64,000 nucleotides of DNA from Schmidtea polychroa (Eukaryota). The translations under genes were made by a program, and so were the position numbers. Every line of letters starts with the position of its first letter. The first letter of the stretch is position 1. Below the pieces are notes generated by a model that ran no database searches, was not told the origin of the DNA, and worked only from the letters and a program-made list of their open reading frames with translations. Positions 48,879 through 63,500 of the stretch are shown one piece after another. The stretch spans positions 11,720,001 through 11,784,000 of the forward strand of contig CM097885.1 in the NCBI GenBank assembly GCA_044892525.1, in the 5' to 3' direction.

Positions 48879-49891
48879 ATTTTTATACTATTTTACCGAG
48901 CAATAGTTGCCCGCTTATTCATCCAGATAATCAAGCCAGTAAATTTATGGTCAATCTCCAGAATCCGATTTCTTTAAATGGTGACTGGGAAGTTGCACTG
49001 CAAGATTATACATTCGTGTACAACAAATTCCCATTTTATAGTCAATGTAAGATTGATTTCAAAACGAATATTGTGAAAACATGTAGCGGTATCTTTATTA
49101 TCAGTAATTATGATAAAACATATCGTATTCCGAATCAAATATTAGATTCACATTGCTATATGTTTTACAAGGATGGATTAAATATCAGTTGTGATTTTAA
49201 ACCATTTACAATAACATTCGAATATATTGAAGATGCCAAACGAATGGGTTGCAATAAGTTGAAAAATATTGTTACGGAGACCGAGTATTTATTACGTTTT
49301 AATCTATTTGAAGCAAACAGTGTAATGAAAGAAGAAATCAAAATATCTGTGTCGTATAATGATGAAGTTGAAGAATCTTTTACCTTTGCTGATGAATTAT
49401 ATTTTGATAAACTTGATGATTTACTTAACTATTTAAAGTTCAATTGTTCACACATATTTAAAAATTTGGAAATTGTGAAAGATTTGATGTTTACCTTCAG
49501 TTTGAATGAGGATATTTGCGAAGTTACATTTGATAAAAATTTGGCAAATTCACTTGGATTAGATAAGCAAAAATATCGAGAAAAATCGACTGGTATACGC
49601 AAACCAAGAATACTAGAACATCATCAACAAATGTTCATATATACTAATATTATCGAGCCTATAATTGTTGGTGATTCCAGTGTTCCTCTTTTGAAATCGG
49701 TATGGATTGGAAAATATGAACATGATGAAGTTGTCAATATAAATATCGATAATCCCATGTATTTACCAATAGCAAGTTCATGTATAAACAATATAGAAAT
49801 AAATATTCGTGACGATAGTGGAAAACTTATAAACTTTCCAAAAGACTCAAAAACTCATTTGACATTACATTTTCGTAAAGTAGATGGCTAA
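48824..49891 (+). CDS. Minor capsid protein (penton)
   Basis: Homologue of 27094-28161. Confidence 0.9.
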   Translation: MAWLSKPIMDIRKGSSKVNFYTILPSNSCPLIHPDNQASKFMVNLQNPISLNGDWEVALQDYTFVYNKFPFYSQCKIDFKTNIVKTCSGIFIISNYDKTYRIPNQILDSHCYMFYKDGLNISCDFKPFTITFEYIEDAKRMGCNKLKNIVTETEYLLRFNLFEANSVMKEEIKISVSYNDEVEESFTFADELYFDKLDDLLNYLKFNCSHIFKNLEIVKDLMFTFSLNEDICEVTFDKNLANSLGLDKQKYREKSTGIRKPRILEHHQQMFIYTNIIEPIIVGDSSVPLLKSVWIGKYEHDEVVNINIDNPMYLPIASSCINNIEINIRDDSGKLINFPKDSKTHLTLHFRKVDG

Positions 49892-50243
49892 TTCTGATAT
49901 TATTAGTATGTATAGTGATAGCCAATCTGGCGGTGAATTATATTTTATTGGTAAACAGTACGGATCAGGTTGGTTAAAAACAATAGGGAGATTTGCCCTG
50001 CCTATTCTTAAACGTATTGGTAGTTTTGGCATGAAAACTGCTAAAGATGTTATTATGAATGAACAGAAAATATTACCATCCATAAAAACAAATGCTTTAG
50101 CTGAGTTAGGGAAGGTTCTACCTGGAGTTGCTGGTATGTTTCAAAAAGATACACCTCCAGTTCCAGCTCCAAAGCGTAAAAGACATGGAATATCGCGTAT
50201 AAACAAACGAATGAAAGGACATGGAACTATATTTGCAAAATGA
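49884..50243 (+). CDS. Small basic core-like protein
   Basis: Homologue of 26739-27101. Confidence 0.75.
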   Translation: MANSDIISMYSDSQSGGELYFIGKQYGSGWLKTIGRFALPILKRIGSFGMKTAKDVIMNEQKILPSIKTNALAELGKVLPGVAGMFQKDTPPVPAPKRKRHGISRINKRMKGHGTIFAK

Positions 50244-51459
50244 TTTGTGGTAAATCCGAATTATGTATATTTGATAGACCATCGCCTCAAGCTGTAATAG
50301 AATTTGGGCATTTGAGGAAGTTTTTCCTATGAATTCAATTACTGATAGTAGAAATGATATCGAGTTTTATATTAATGGTTCGCAAACCGAATATTTAGAT
50401 TTGAACGATACTTTATTGACTGTTCAGATCAAGGTTGTAGATAAAGATAGAAAAGTTTTGGATGCCAATACAGATGTAATACCGAACAATTTCATGTTTC
50501 ATACTCTGTTTAAAGATGCAGTGTTGGGATTTAATAATATCAAGATTGAGGGCGGAAATAATACATTCATTCACAAGGCATTAATAGAAACTATTTTAAA
50601 TTACAATTCTGATACTAAAAATACATGTCTTACACCTATGGGTTATGGCAGTGATGATGAAAGAAAAAAGTGGGTTAAAGGCTCAAAATCATTCACTATG
50701 TGCTCATCATTACAACTCGATTTTATGGATCAACCGAAATATTTGCTACCGGGAGTTAATGTACACATTAGACTGAAAAGGTCCGATTCTGCATTATCTC
50801 TTACTAGTGCAACTGATGCACCAATATGCCAATTAGTTGATGCAAAATTATTGGTGAGAAGAGTTCGAGTAGACCCGTCAGTATTAGCTGGTCATCAATT
50901 GGGTCTTAATTCAAAACATGCAATTTATCCTTTAAAAACAAAGGAAATTGTACAATTTGCTATTGCTAAAGGTGCTTCATCATTCTATAAAGAACAAATA
51001 TTTGGTGACAGAAGAATGCCTAATTTTATTCTGGTAACATTTCAAAGTGAAACGCAATATAATGGATCTTATACTGCTTCCAGCTCAATTTTCAAATATT
51101 TTGGTGTTACTTCATTGACTTTGTCGAAAAATACTGATTATAGAGAAACATATACTCAAGATTTCGAAAGCGATAATTACTGTGCGACATATATGCAGAG
51201 TATTGTTAGAAATCTGGGTTACTTAGATAAAAACTTGAATTGTGGAATAACTCTAGAAGATTTTAAAAGCAAATATCTATTTTTCACATTTGTTTTAGCC
51301 CCTGATTTTGATTTAAATCAGAGTCAACTACCTCAAAATGGAAATTTACGACTGGATATTAGGTTTGCAAGAGCCATTACTGAACCGGTACATGTTATAA
51401 TATATGGAGTATTTGAAAATGAAGTTCAAATTACTGCAAATAGAACCGTGCTAGTATAA
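50240..51459 (+). pseudogene. Major capsid protein, frameshift near 50307
   Basis: MICGKSEL start at 50240; one base short relative to element 2. Confidence 0.9.
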
Positions 51460-51486
51460 ATGTATATAGAAACATAAAAAGTTGTC

Positions 51487-51871
51487 ATGGAGTAAGTTTT
51501 TTGATAATGTTTAATTTTATTAAAGTAGTTCTGTTCAGGTTAATCGAATTGGAAAACAAATATTAGGAAATGAATTTATAGGTGTTTTTCCTCTCGATAA
51601 AATTCCTTATTTGAGCAATAATCAAGCCATAATCGTCAATACTCATTCATCTCATCTTGGTGGAGAACATTGGATAGCTATATATGTGAAACCTAGTAAT
51701 ATATTCGTATTCTATCCTATGGGTTTCTATTATCCTTCTTTGTTGATATCAAAACTTCAAACAATTGGGAAACCTATTGTATATAATAAAACTATGTTTC
51801 AAAATCCATTGACTCAAACATGTGGTCAACACTGTTTGGCATAGTTGTTGTATAAAAAATTTGATGGTTAA
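51487..51871 (+). pseudogene. Adenain-like protease (intron 51492-51528), TGG>TAG at 51842
   Basis: Homologue of 25110-25493; FDP changed to FYP. Confidence 0.85.
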
Positions 51872-52299
51872 TAAATGTATACTGTATGATTTTTATTTGT
51901 TGACTATTTTAATTATTTGTTACTTATTATTATTATTATTAATATTATTATTATTAATATTATTAATATTATTATTATTTTGAAAAAATATTATTATTTT
52001 AATTAATTTTATTATTCAAATAAATATTATTAATTCTACATAAAGACTACCTATGCCTGAAGCATGCACAGTGCAAGTTAACAAAGGCATGACTAACAAA
52101 GGCAGTCACATGTAATTTCTGAGTGATTTACATTACATGCATGCATGCGTGTGATTGGTTGAGAGAGTAAAATATTCAGTGTATATGTGAGTAGGTAGAT
52201 AGTAGCGTACTGCAGCAATGACCCCGGGGGGGGGGGGGGGGGGGTTCTGCTGCAACTTTTTTTTTTGCTGCAACTTTTTTTAATAAACTAGTTACGGCT

Positions 52300-55200
52300 T
52301 GTTATGTAATAAACTAGTTTAAATTATATTCCCCGATTCTCAATACCCCACTAATTATTATCACTTATATTCCCCGATTCTCAATACCTCACTAATTATT
52401 ATCACTTATATTCCCACGATTTTCCACTATTTAATCATTTGTATCCCCTCGAATTTCCATTAATTATTCGCCTATAACCCCCACCCCGATTTTCTACTTA
52501 TATTCCACCGATTTTGATTAATTATTCACTTAAAACATCCCCACAAATATTTGTTTTAAAAGTTTTTTTTTTATTAAAGTGTTAATTTTTAGAAAATAGT
52601 TGCAATACATCCATTCTTATCAACCTTCATCTTATCTATACTACTTCTCATTATCTACCTCCATTAATGAATTATTCTACCAATTATTTTTACCCATTTG
52701 AATCGAGTAATGAATAATTTCCTCACTTTAATGAAGATTCTTACCACCTTCATTGTTAATTTTATCAAAGTTTAAAGAATAATTGTCTTTTCATTGCTTA
52801 CCACTTTAGAATTTTTATCGAAATTTATGATAATTTGACTAATTCAATGAAAAATGAGTTAATTAATATATACTCTGAGTTTATCCGACAAAATATTCTG
52901 TCCCCCTATGGGTATTGCTCACAAGGGTACTACTCACATTCAACATGTCGTAAGTGTATTAGTCGTAAAGGTATTTAATGCTTTTATTTGAATGATTATT
53001 TAGAAAAATTTGATGTTTAAGGTATTCATAATTTTTAGAGTTGATGGTTTTATTCAAGTAAATTTCTATCTTTTTTGTGAATTTTTATCGTTTTTTGTGA
53101 ATTTCTATTATTTTTGCGGATTTCTATTATTTTCCGTAATTTTTTTGATTATCTGTAATTTTTGTGGATATCTATCATTTTTGTGAATTTCCTATTATTT
53201 TTGCGAATTGCTATAATTTTTATGAATTTTTATCGTTTTTGTGAATTTCTATCATTTTCATGAATTTTTATCATTTTTGTGAATTTCTTTGATTTTTGTA
53301 AATTTCTATTATTTTTGTGGATTTCATGATTATTGAATGAATATTTAATAATTCAAAGTTAGTTCTAAGATAAATTTAATAAATTTCTTGATAATTGGAT
53401 GTATTTTTAATTTTTAATGAGGTTAATAATTAGAGTTTGTACAATAATCAAGTGGTAGGATAAATTTTTATGAGGATATTGAACAATTTTCTAAGAATAT
53501 TTACACATTGATGCACTTTAAAAAACATAAGCTAAAAAACCAGTTAACTTTATCAAGGACTTTAAATTTACTTGATAATTATTGTAGGATATACAGAAAT
53601 TTAGTTTGTTGTTATTGCTTGAAAATGATTGGTTGAATAGCTGAAGAATTATGATCAAACAATATATATCATCTCCAGTTAGGTATTTGATGGTAAATAT
53701 TTGTAGAAAATAATCAGTTTATTATGTCTGTTACAAAGTCGCCTTTAGCGTCAAAATGTGTTTTTAAAATAAATTTTAATTTTAAAATACCGCAACGTAA
53801 TATATTTTTCCTCTGCCCTTCCATGATTTTGATTGGTTAGTGGGCTCTTATTATTTAGCTACTAAATTATTTCAATGGAAGAATATTTGGTGTCTATAAC
53901 AATTAAGTCATATTTTTGAAGTTCTTTAAAGATTTTAAGACTGAATTGAATTAAAGGAGGATTCAAGTGGGTAGAATTGAAGGATATATTCGGTTAGATG
54001 TTTAAAGAGGTAGAATATTTGCTGAGAGATCGATTAAGATGGGAATATATGATCTTTTGAGGGGATATAGTTGGTTAGATTTAATGAAGGATGGGTTAAG
54101 ATGGAAATAGATCATTGTAAGGGAGATGTAGTCGGTTAGATTAAATGAGGGATAGGTTAAGATGGGAATATATATCATTGTAAGGGAGATATAGTCGATT
54201 GACTTTAATGAAGGATGGGTTAAGATGGGAATATAGTCGGTTAAATTTAATGAGAGATGGGTTAAGATGGGAATATATGATTTTTTTTAATGGTGATGTT
54301 GGTAAAATATCATTGTTTTAAGGGAAATGTCAATTAGTCAGTTATGAATCAATAATAATGTGAAATTTTATCGTTTTATTAGATTGTGATTAATGCACAG
54401 TAAATTAATTTAGAACAATGTTTTATTAAGTAGGGATAATGATCGATTTACTTGGTTTTGATAATGAAATCTTTACAGATAATTGGGATTGATATCAACT
54501 TTAAATTATTTTTTTTCTCTTTATTTAAGCGGAGAATGACAAAAGTTTAGAAATAGGGACTTAAAACATTGATCTTTATTGGAAGAAATCTTGATTTTAA
54601 TTAGTAATTAAATCGGTTGAATATTGGTAAAAATGATCATTTGAAGAAATATATTTTATTGAATGGATAAATTTAATCTTTCAATGGGATCTAGTCAGTT
54701 ATATTGTAGTAATATTTATTTAAAATATCGAGTACAGTGATTAACAAAAATTTAATTATAACCACTTTTATCATTAGATTTTATAAATTATTTAGGGTTA
54801 ATGATTTTACATGTTTTATAGGGAAATATTCGTGATAATAGGAATTAAAGTTAGAATTATAGTCATTTAAATGGGACTTTAAGCAATCTTATTAGTCTGA
54901 GGGAATATATGATCCTTTACGGGTACTTATCATTAAAATATCAATCTTTAAATATTGATATATTTAGGGGAAATGATGCTTTTTAGATGATTTTAATGAA
55001 TTATTTGTAATAATATGAATTAAGGGTAGAAATATAGTCATTTAAGGGATTTTAAGGAATCTTATTAGTTTGATGAGAATATATGATCTTTAACAAGTAT
55101 TTATCATTACAATACCAATCTTTAAATATTGATATTTTTAGGGAAAATGATGCTTTCTAGATGATTTTATTAGAGAATTCACTTGGATATACCAATTATT

Positions 55201-56526
55201 GCTATTTAAATGAATTTACTGGTTTGTTAGATGTTATCATTAGTTATCTAGTCTCTTTTGGAATTTAATGAATATTATTTTTATTGTAGATTGCTGACTT
55301 TGATAATTGTAATGAATTTATACTGATTTTTTGAATATATTGAGAAATCAGTCAATCAATTTGAGTACATGTATTACTTTTACAAAAATAATTAAAATTA
55401 ATTTTATTCAATCTAAATCTAGATCTTATTTCAAAACTTTTATTAATTTATTATCTTAGTTGATTCAACTTGAATGATCAGTATTTTTTTTATTTACTGG
55501 ATGATTAATGATTAGAATTTTTTCCTGTCCATTAATTAAATTTTTATGATATTTATTTTGAATAATTTAAATTTTTACAATAATTTAATCAAATTTTACC
55601 TAGTTATTGATGCCTTGAGTTCAATTAATTTTCCATCTAATTTTTCAAGTGATGAGTATTTGCTTTTAAAGATCAATTTGTTAGTACATAGTTGTAGGTT
55701 GTAAGTAGTTGGTTGACTTTTTAGATTTTGATAAGAAAATAGTGTATGCGATGAAGAATATTTTGTATTTAATTGCTATTATTTTTATGTGTTGTTAGTT
55801 GATTGTTGGTACTAAGTTGTTGGTATCTTGTATTTGGTAGTAGGTACAATGTTGTTTACTGATTGTTGTTATATAGTTGTAGGTTGATAATGCTTAGTAC
55901 CTGGTTGTTATCGGTTGTGAGTACTTGGTATCTGGTTGATAGCTTGTTGATAGTACTTAGTAACTAGTTAATGGGTAGGTGGTGGTTGAGTGTTACCAAT
56001 ACCCTTACGACTAGTACCCTTACGACCTGTACCCTTAGGGGGTCAAAACATCCTGTCGGATAAAGTCAGAGTATATATAATAAAACTGATCAACAATAAG
56101 TATTTATTGAATGCGATTTTTACATTGCAATAATAAGTCAGTAGTTATCATTTAAAAGAAGAATGTTTTGTAAATTAGAATTCATTAGTCTTTCATTGTA
56201 ATTATTTTGAATTCCACGTGGTGTTTTAAAGTGGTTGAGTTGTGGTTTTTTGATGAAAATCAACATTTTTGTTAAATTTAGACATTTTGAAAAGGTTTTT
56301 CTACTGATTGTAATTAAAATTATTATAGAAGCTGTATAAAAAATATTAATTTAAAAAGCATTTCATAAAATACAATAAAGAATATTTAGTTGATTGTAAG
56401 TAGATAGTTGTAAGTATGTGGTTGTTTGAGAGTTAATTAGTACGTGGTATCATGTTGAAAGTATTTGTTAGCACCTAGTTAAAAATATTTAGTAACCGAT
56501 TGTTGGTAACTGTTGAATTATTATTA

Positions 56527-56566
<40 letters not shown>

Positions 56567-59280
56567 CATTTAAATTTTCATTAAAAATTACATTTCTCAA
56601 AAAAATTGGTGGTTATTCAATATTTTGATAATAAATTTAAAAATCTTACTTTAATTTACTTATTTAGCTTTAATTAAAAATTTGAACCATTGGTTACTTA
56701 ATTTTAGATTTTGAACCTTAATTTACTTATTTAAAAATTATTACTTTAATTTACTCATTTAGCTTTAATTTAAAATTAAAACCATTGTTTTCTTTAATTT
56801 AAAATTTTGAACCTTAATTTACTTATTTAAAATTTTTAACTTTACTTATCCTTAATTTACCTAATTATTCTTTATTTCTTAATTCTACACCATAATTTAC
56901 TTAACAACTAAATATAATCCTTATTTTCATATTTTACCAATAATTTCATGTGGTCATTGATTAATTGACGAAGATTTGCATCTAAAATTAACATTGAATA
57001 TCCCAGAAAACTTTCATCCTAAATTGACTTTAACTTTAATATTTTAGATCATTGATTAGTTAATTTAAAAATTAAACATTAATTTACCTATTTAACCAAT
57101 AATTTCATGTGGTCACCTGGTTGTAAGTACTTGGTATCTAGTTAATGGGTATGTGGTTGTAGGTGCTTAGTAGTTGGTTGATGATGCTTAGTAGTTGGTA
57201 ACTGGTTGTAGGTACTTAGTAGTTGGTAACTGGTTGTTGGTATCTAGTTGTTAGTATCTAGTTGTAGGTAACTGGTTGTTAGTAACTAGTTGTATGTACT
57301 TGGTAGGTGGTTGTTGAGTAGTTGGTATCAGGTAACTAGTTGTTAGTAACTAGTTGTAGGTTGTAAGTGTTTGGTATCTAGTTGACAGTGCTTAGTACCT
57401 GGTTGTTGTCGGTTGTAGGTACTTAGTAGTTGGTAATTAATGCTTAGTACCTGGTTGATGTTGGTTGTGAGTACTCGGTATCTGGTACCGAGTTGGTTGG
57501 TTGTTTTGTTGTATGTACTTGGTAACAGGTAACTGGTTGTTAGTAACTAGTTGTAGGTTGTAAGTGTTTGGTATCTAGTTGACAGTGCTTAGTACCTGGT
57601 TGTTGTCGGTTGTAGGTACTTGGTATCTAGTACCTAGTTGGTTGTAGGTACTTAGTAGTTGGTAATTAATGCTTAGTACCTGGTTGTTGTTGGTTGTGAG
57701 TACTTGGTATCTGGTAACTGGTTGTTAGCTGGTTGATGTTTGTTGTAAGTACTTGGTATCTAGTTGTAAGTACTTGGTAGCAGGTAATTGGTTGTTAGTA
57801 ACTAGTTGTAAGTACTTGGTAGCAGGTAACTGGTTGTTAGTAACTAGTTGTAAGTACTTGGTAGGTGGTAGTAGGTACTTGGTTGATGTTTGTTGTAAGT
57901 ACTTGGTATCTAGTACCTAGTTGGTTGTTTTTGGTTGTTAGTACTTAGTAGTTGGTTGTAGGTACTTGGTAGGTGGTAGTTAGTTGTTAGCTAATTGTTG
58001 TGGGTTGTTAGTACTTGGTATCAGGTAACTGGTTGTTAGTAACTAGTTGTAGGTATCTGGTTGTTAATACATGTTCGTAAGTTACTGGTTGTTAGTACTT
58101 AGTAGGTGGTTAATAATGCTTAGTACCTGGTTGTTGTTGGTTGTATGTACTTGGTAGTTAGTTGTTAGTACTTGGTACCTAGTTGGTTGTATGTTTTTGG
58201 TTGTTGGTACTTGGTATCAGGTAACTGGTTGTAGGTATCTGGTTGGTAATACATGCTCGTAAGTTACTGGTTGTTGGTACTAAGTTGTTGATTTGTTGTT
58301 GAATTATTATTAAAATTTGTCTTTGAAAAATATTTCATAAAAATTTTCAATAAAAATTATCTTAAAAATTTCCATCTAAAATTATCATTGAAAAATATTT
58401 CTTAAAAATTTCCATTAAAAATTAACTTAAAAAATTATTTCATAAAAATTTCCATTAAAAAATTTCAATTCTCAAACACCTATTATTTCAACGTTTTGTT
58501 AATAAATTTAAAAATCTTACTTTAATTTACTTATTACATTACTTTAATTTACTTATTTAAAAATTATTACTTTAATTTACTTATTTAAAATTTTTTTACC
58601 ATTGATTACTTAATTTAAAAATTTGGACCTTAATTAACTTTAATTTAATTTTTAGAACCTTAATTTACTTTAATTTAAAAATTTGGACCATTATTTAGTT
58701 TAATTTAATTTTTAGAACCTTAATTTACTTTAATTTAAAAATTTGGACCATAATTTACTTTAATTGAAAAATTTGAACCATAATTTACTGTAATTTTATT
58801 TTTTAGAACCATAATTTACTGTAATTTAATTTTTTAGGACCATTATTTACTGTAATTTAATTTTTTAGAACCATAATTTACTTTATTTTAATTTTTTAGA
58901 ACCTTAATTTACTTTAATTTAAAATTTAGAACCTTGAAAATATCTTGAGACCTTAAATTACCATGCTTTTTTAGTGTAGACCACCTATTTCTCAGGACCA
59001 AGGAGACTCGCCTCACTATAGTTTGAAAAATCCTTGGCTTTTTTAGTGTAGACCACCTTTTTGTATTGAAAATATCCTGAGACCTTAAATTACCATGCTT
59101 TTTTAGTGGTAGTCGGATTTTTGTATTGAAAAATTTTTATTGTATTGAAAATCCCAGGACCATCGTTTTTGTATAGAAAAAAAAAACGATAAAAATTCAC
59201 AAAAAAGATAGAAATTTACTTGAATAAAACCATCAACTCTAAAAATTATGAATACCTTAAACATCAAATTTTTCTAGGGG
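52300..59280. repeat. Non-coding block of successive degenerate tandem arrays
   Basis: Arrays at ~52320-52520, 53060-53330, 53960-54290, 54860-55170, 56630-56900, 57110-58290 (GT-rich), 58500-58930, 58935-59110. Confidence 0.85.
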
Positions 59281-59445
59281 GTTTGCTGCAGTGGGCTACT
59301 AACTACCTACTTATGTGTGTGTCTATATTCTCATTGGCTGGGACAGGAAAATATTCATTCTCTTTATAAACATCGACAAATCTAAAATTTGTCACAATTA
59401 TTTTAAAATTTTAAAAATCTATTAATAATAATAATATTTAACAAC

Positions 59446-59753
59446 ATGAACAACAACAATATCCAAACAGTTGACGGAAAGATCGTTGGAGGAATTAATG
59501 GTAAATTTATTATTTTATTATTTTATTATTTTTAATATGATTATTAGGTACTAATCAACAAATGAATATCGACGGACAATCTGTAGACATGAATAGAATA
59601 AATGGTAATAGTTTACTATTATAATCATTATTATTTTATTATGCTTTTAGATGGAATAAATACTTCTGCTTGTTCTGATGCTGGAAAATTTCTTTCGAAA
59701 GGACGAAAATGTAAGTATTTATTTATTGTTATAAGTTTTTAAGTTTTTTAAAC

Positions 59754-59786
<33 letters not shown>

Positions 59787-60493
59787 TAAAAGAAGATTAT
59801 AAAGAAACTTATGAAAAGAAGATATTTTAAAAGAAGATTTATTTATGATGATTTTGAAAGGAATATTTATGAAAAGAAGATTTATTCATGAAAAGAAGAT
59901 TTATTTATGATGATTTTGAAAAGAAGATTCATGAAAAGAAGATTTATTTATTTATGATGATTTTGAAAAGATGATTTATTAAATATGATAATTTTGAACA
60001 TTATAATTAATAACTTTTATATATTATTTATGAAAATAAAATCTATTTTAGAAAATGAATTATTTATTTATGAAAATGAATTAAATTATTTATGAAAACG
60101 AATTGAATTATATATTTTATAATATTTTTTATATTATTTTTTATAAGATACTATTTAAAAGACAATTTTGAATAATATCTTACGAAAAATATCTTAAACT
60201 TTAAAAATGATTATTATCTTAATATTTTTTAAACATTTTATGATAAAAATATTTTCATAGGTTTGAAATACCAAAACTTTTGTAATAGTCAATATCATAA
60301 TGACTGCGATGATATAATGGAAAGATATTATAGTCATAAATATAACGGTGTCACCTACATTCTATGCCCTAAATGTGAGGTTATTGAAGTTATAACGTAT
60401 AAGGAATTTTATAATAAGCATAGACTCCATCTCCAACAATTTAAACCTTCTAAGAAGTCCCTTTTCTATAGCTTATATGAATCGTTTGTTAAC

Positions 60494-60545
<52 letters not shown>

Positions 60546-63500
60546 TCACCAGCAACAATAATATCAACAATAATGATAATAATATCACCAACAATAATAC
60601 TAACAACACCAATAATAATGATATAAACGAAATAACTGAACTAAAAGATCAAGTAAATAAATTAAATGATCAAATAAATAATCTAATTAATATGAATAAA
60701 AGAAAAAATAATGAAAAAATAAATTCAATACCAAGTAAAAAATCTAAAGTTATTGATGTAATTACAATAAGTGATGATGAAATAATCAACATAAGTGATG
60801 ATGAAATAATCAACATAAGTGATGATGAAATTGATAATAATAGTAGTAATATTTATTATAATAATGGTATTAATAATAATATTAATCAAATAGGTTATGG
60901 TGTCGTAGATGTCACCAGTGATTTAAATAATAATCATATTATATTAAAAATGGACGTTTCGTCTTTAGATTTAAAAACGGTCTCTGTACCAGACATTTTA
61001 ATAAATAAATTAAAATTATATGTAAATAAATTAAAATCATGTAAAATTCAATTTTGTTTAAAGGTGGAATTTATAAAAGATGATGAGTTACAATCTTTTG
61101 TAATCTCGAATTCCGCCCGAGTTTGGAGCGATACATTCATTGACGAAGGTATTGCTCGTTTAAATGAAAAAATAATTAAAATTAATGAGAAAGGTAGTAA
61201 TTGGACTATCAATAAAATAGAATACATAAGCTTTGTTCTAACTAAATTTGCTGAAATAAGTCGGTTAAGTGGTAGAAGTTTTATTGAAACCCAAAAATCT
61301 TTAAGAAACTTAAGCTGTCTCGTTAATGTAGTTAATAATGACCACTTCTGTTTTTTGTATAGTTTCTTGTCAATTATTAAATATGATAGTATAAATAGGC
61401 AATATAGAAATCGCCCTAATTCATACAATCTTTCTGAAATTAAATTTGATCCTAATGATATGCCGATGAAACTATCAAATATAAGTAAATTTGAACAACA
61501 CAATCCAGGTTATAGTATAAATGTTCTTACTTATAACGAAAAGGCTTTGATTGACATTTCCGATGAAGATGCAGTTATAAAACATCCCTTTATTGATATA
61601 ATATACAGGAGTAAGATAGTAGGAGCCATACCTATCAATTTATTATTAATTGAAAAGAATGATAATTATCATTATCTTGGAATCACAGACCTAAATAGAT
61701 TCCTTAATTGTAGGAATAGTTCAATCACTCCTGTTAGGATTTGTAGTCAGTGGTGCCCTAGATGTTTAAACGGTTTTAGGAATGATGACGCTTTTAATAG
61801 ACATAAGGATCTTTGCGATAAAAATCAGCTTGGTACTACCTTGTACACATTGCCTAAAAATAAATATTTAGAATTTACTGATTGGAGTAAAACAGTCACT
61901 CCTCCCTTTGTTATTTACGCTGACTTTGAGGCTATCTTACCTTAAGACACTCGCTACTTTCAACGTCATCTGCCTATTTCTGCCGGTATGCTTTTTATTA
62001 ATAATTTTACGGGCGTAAAAATTTATAAGTCGTTCACCGGTTTAGATTGTGTCGATCAATTTCTTACTGAAATTGAAATGATAGGGAAATATATTGTAAC
62101 TCCTTATTATTATAAAAATTATCAAAAGAAAATGATAATTACAGATGAGTAGGAATTAATGTTTGAAAACAGCACATCATGTTATTTGTGCAATAAGCAT
62201 TTAGTTAGTCCAGTTAGGGACCATGATCATTTTACCGGTCTATATCTTGGTGCCGCTTGTACAACTTGTAATCTGTCGAGGCAAATTAGACATACCCTTC
62301 CTGTAGTATTTCATAATTTAAAGGGTTATGATCTGCATCATATCTTGAAATTTGGCCTTTCAAAATATCATTCATGGAATATTAGTTGTATTCCTTTAAC
62401 TAGCGAGAAATTCCTTAGTCTTTTTGCTAGGATTGACTCATTAACTGTTAAATTTATAGACTCTTGTCAATTTGTCAGCGAGTCTTTAAATAATGCTGTC
62501 AAAACTTTATCATCTTTACCATTGACCGAATCAGAATTTCAGGGTACAATAATAACTGCAAAGGGAATTTTTCCTTATGATGCCGCAACTTCATTAGAGG
62601 TTTTACATAACACTCATCAGTTACCTCCTATTTGGAAAGATGTGACTCCCGCTGAATATGAGACAGCTCAGCGAATTTGGGTTGAAACTTCATGTACTTC
62701 ACTTTTCGATTACATGATGGTTTATTTAAAACTTGATGTTTTCCTTTTAGCCGATTTTTTCCAGCAATTTAGAGCTAAGTCCATTGCTCATAACCGACTA
62801 GAGCCATTAAATTTCTTAGGGATTCCAGGTATGTCTTGGAATTCAGCCTTATTAACTTTAAACTCTCCAATTGAGCTCCTCACCGATATGGAGATGTATA
62901 ACTTTTTCGAGGGCGGTATCCGTGGCGGACTAACTTTTGTAAATAAACATTATGTAAAAACAGACCCGGATACCGCTTTGCTTTACATAGATATAAATAA
63001 TTTATACGGTTGGGCTTTAAGTCAACCATTACCTTGCAGTGACTTTGAATGGGTTACTGATGATAATTTATTAAATAATATAATTGTTGAATGCACAACA
63101 GTAGATTTAGATCTGCTTGATTATGGTTATACCATAGAAGTGGATTTAGAAATACCGACGTCAATTCACGACAAACTGGACGATCTTCCCGTTGCCGCTG
63201 AAAAGATGTGTGTACCGGGTTCGAGAATAGAGAAGCTGTTGCTTACACACAGCCCCAAGAGGAACTACGTTCTTCATTGGAGGCTTCTACAAATATTTAT
63301 TAAATTAGGTGTTAAAATATTAAAAACACATAGAGCAATTAAATTTAAACAAGATAAAATTTTCAAAAATTATATTAACACAAATACGGCGTTACGAGCA
63401 GCGTCGACAAATAAACTCGATAAAAATTTTTATAAATTATTAAACAACAGTCTTTACGGCAAGACTGTTGAAAATCTTAAAAAACGTATTAATTTACGTC

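Noticed and set aside
44572..51871. Elements 2 and 3 as one giant inverted duplication or an assembly artefact
   Set aside because: Many substitutions, different TIRs, different accessory genes and separate insertion sites
57110..58290. Telomeric repeat or mucin-like coding region
   Set aside because: No TTAGGG-type unit and no open frame; degenerate minisatellite
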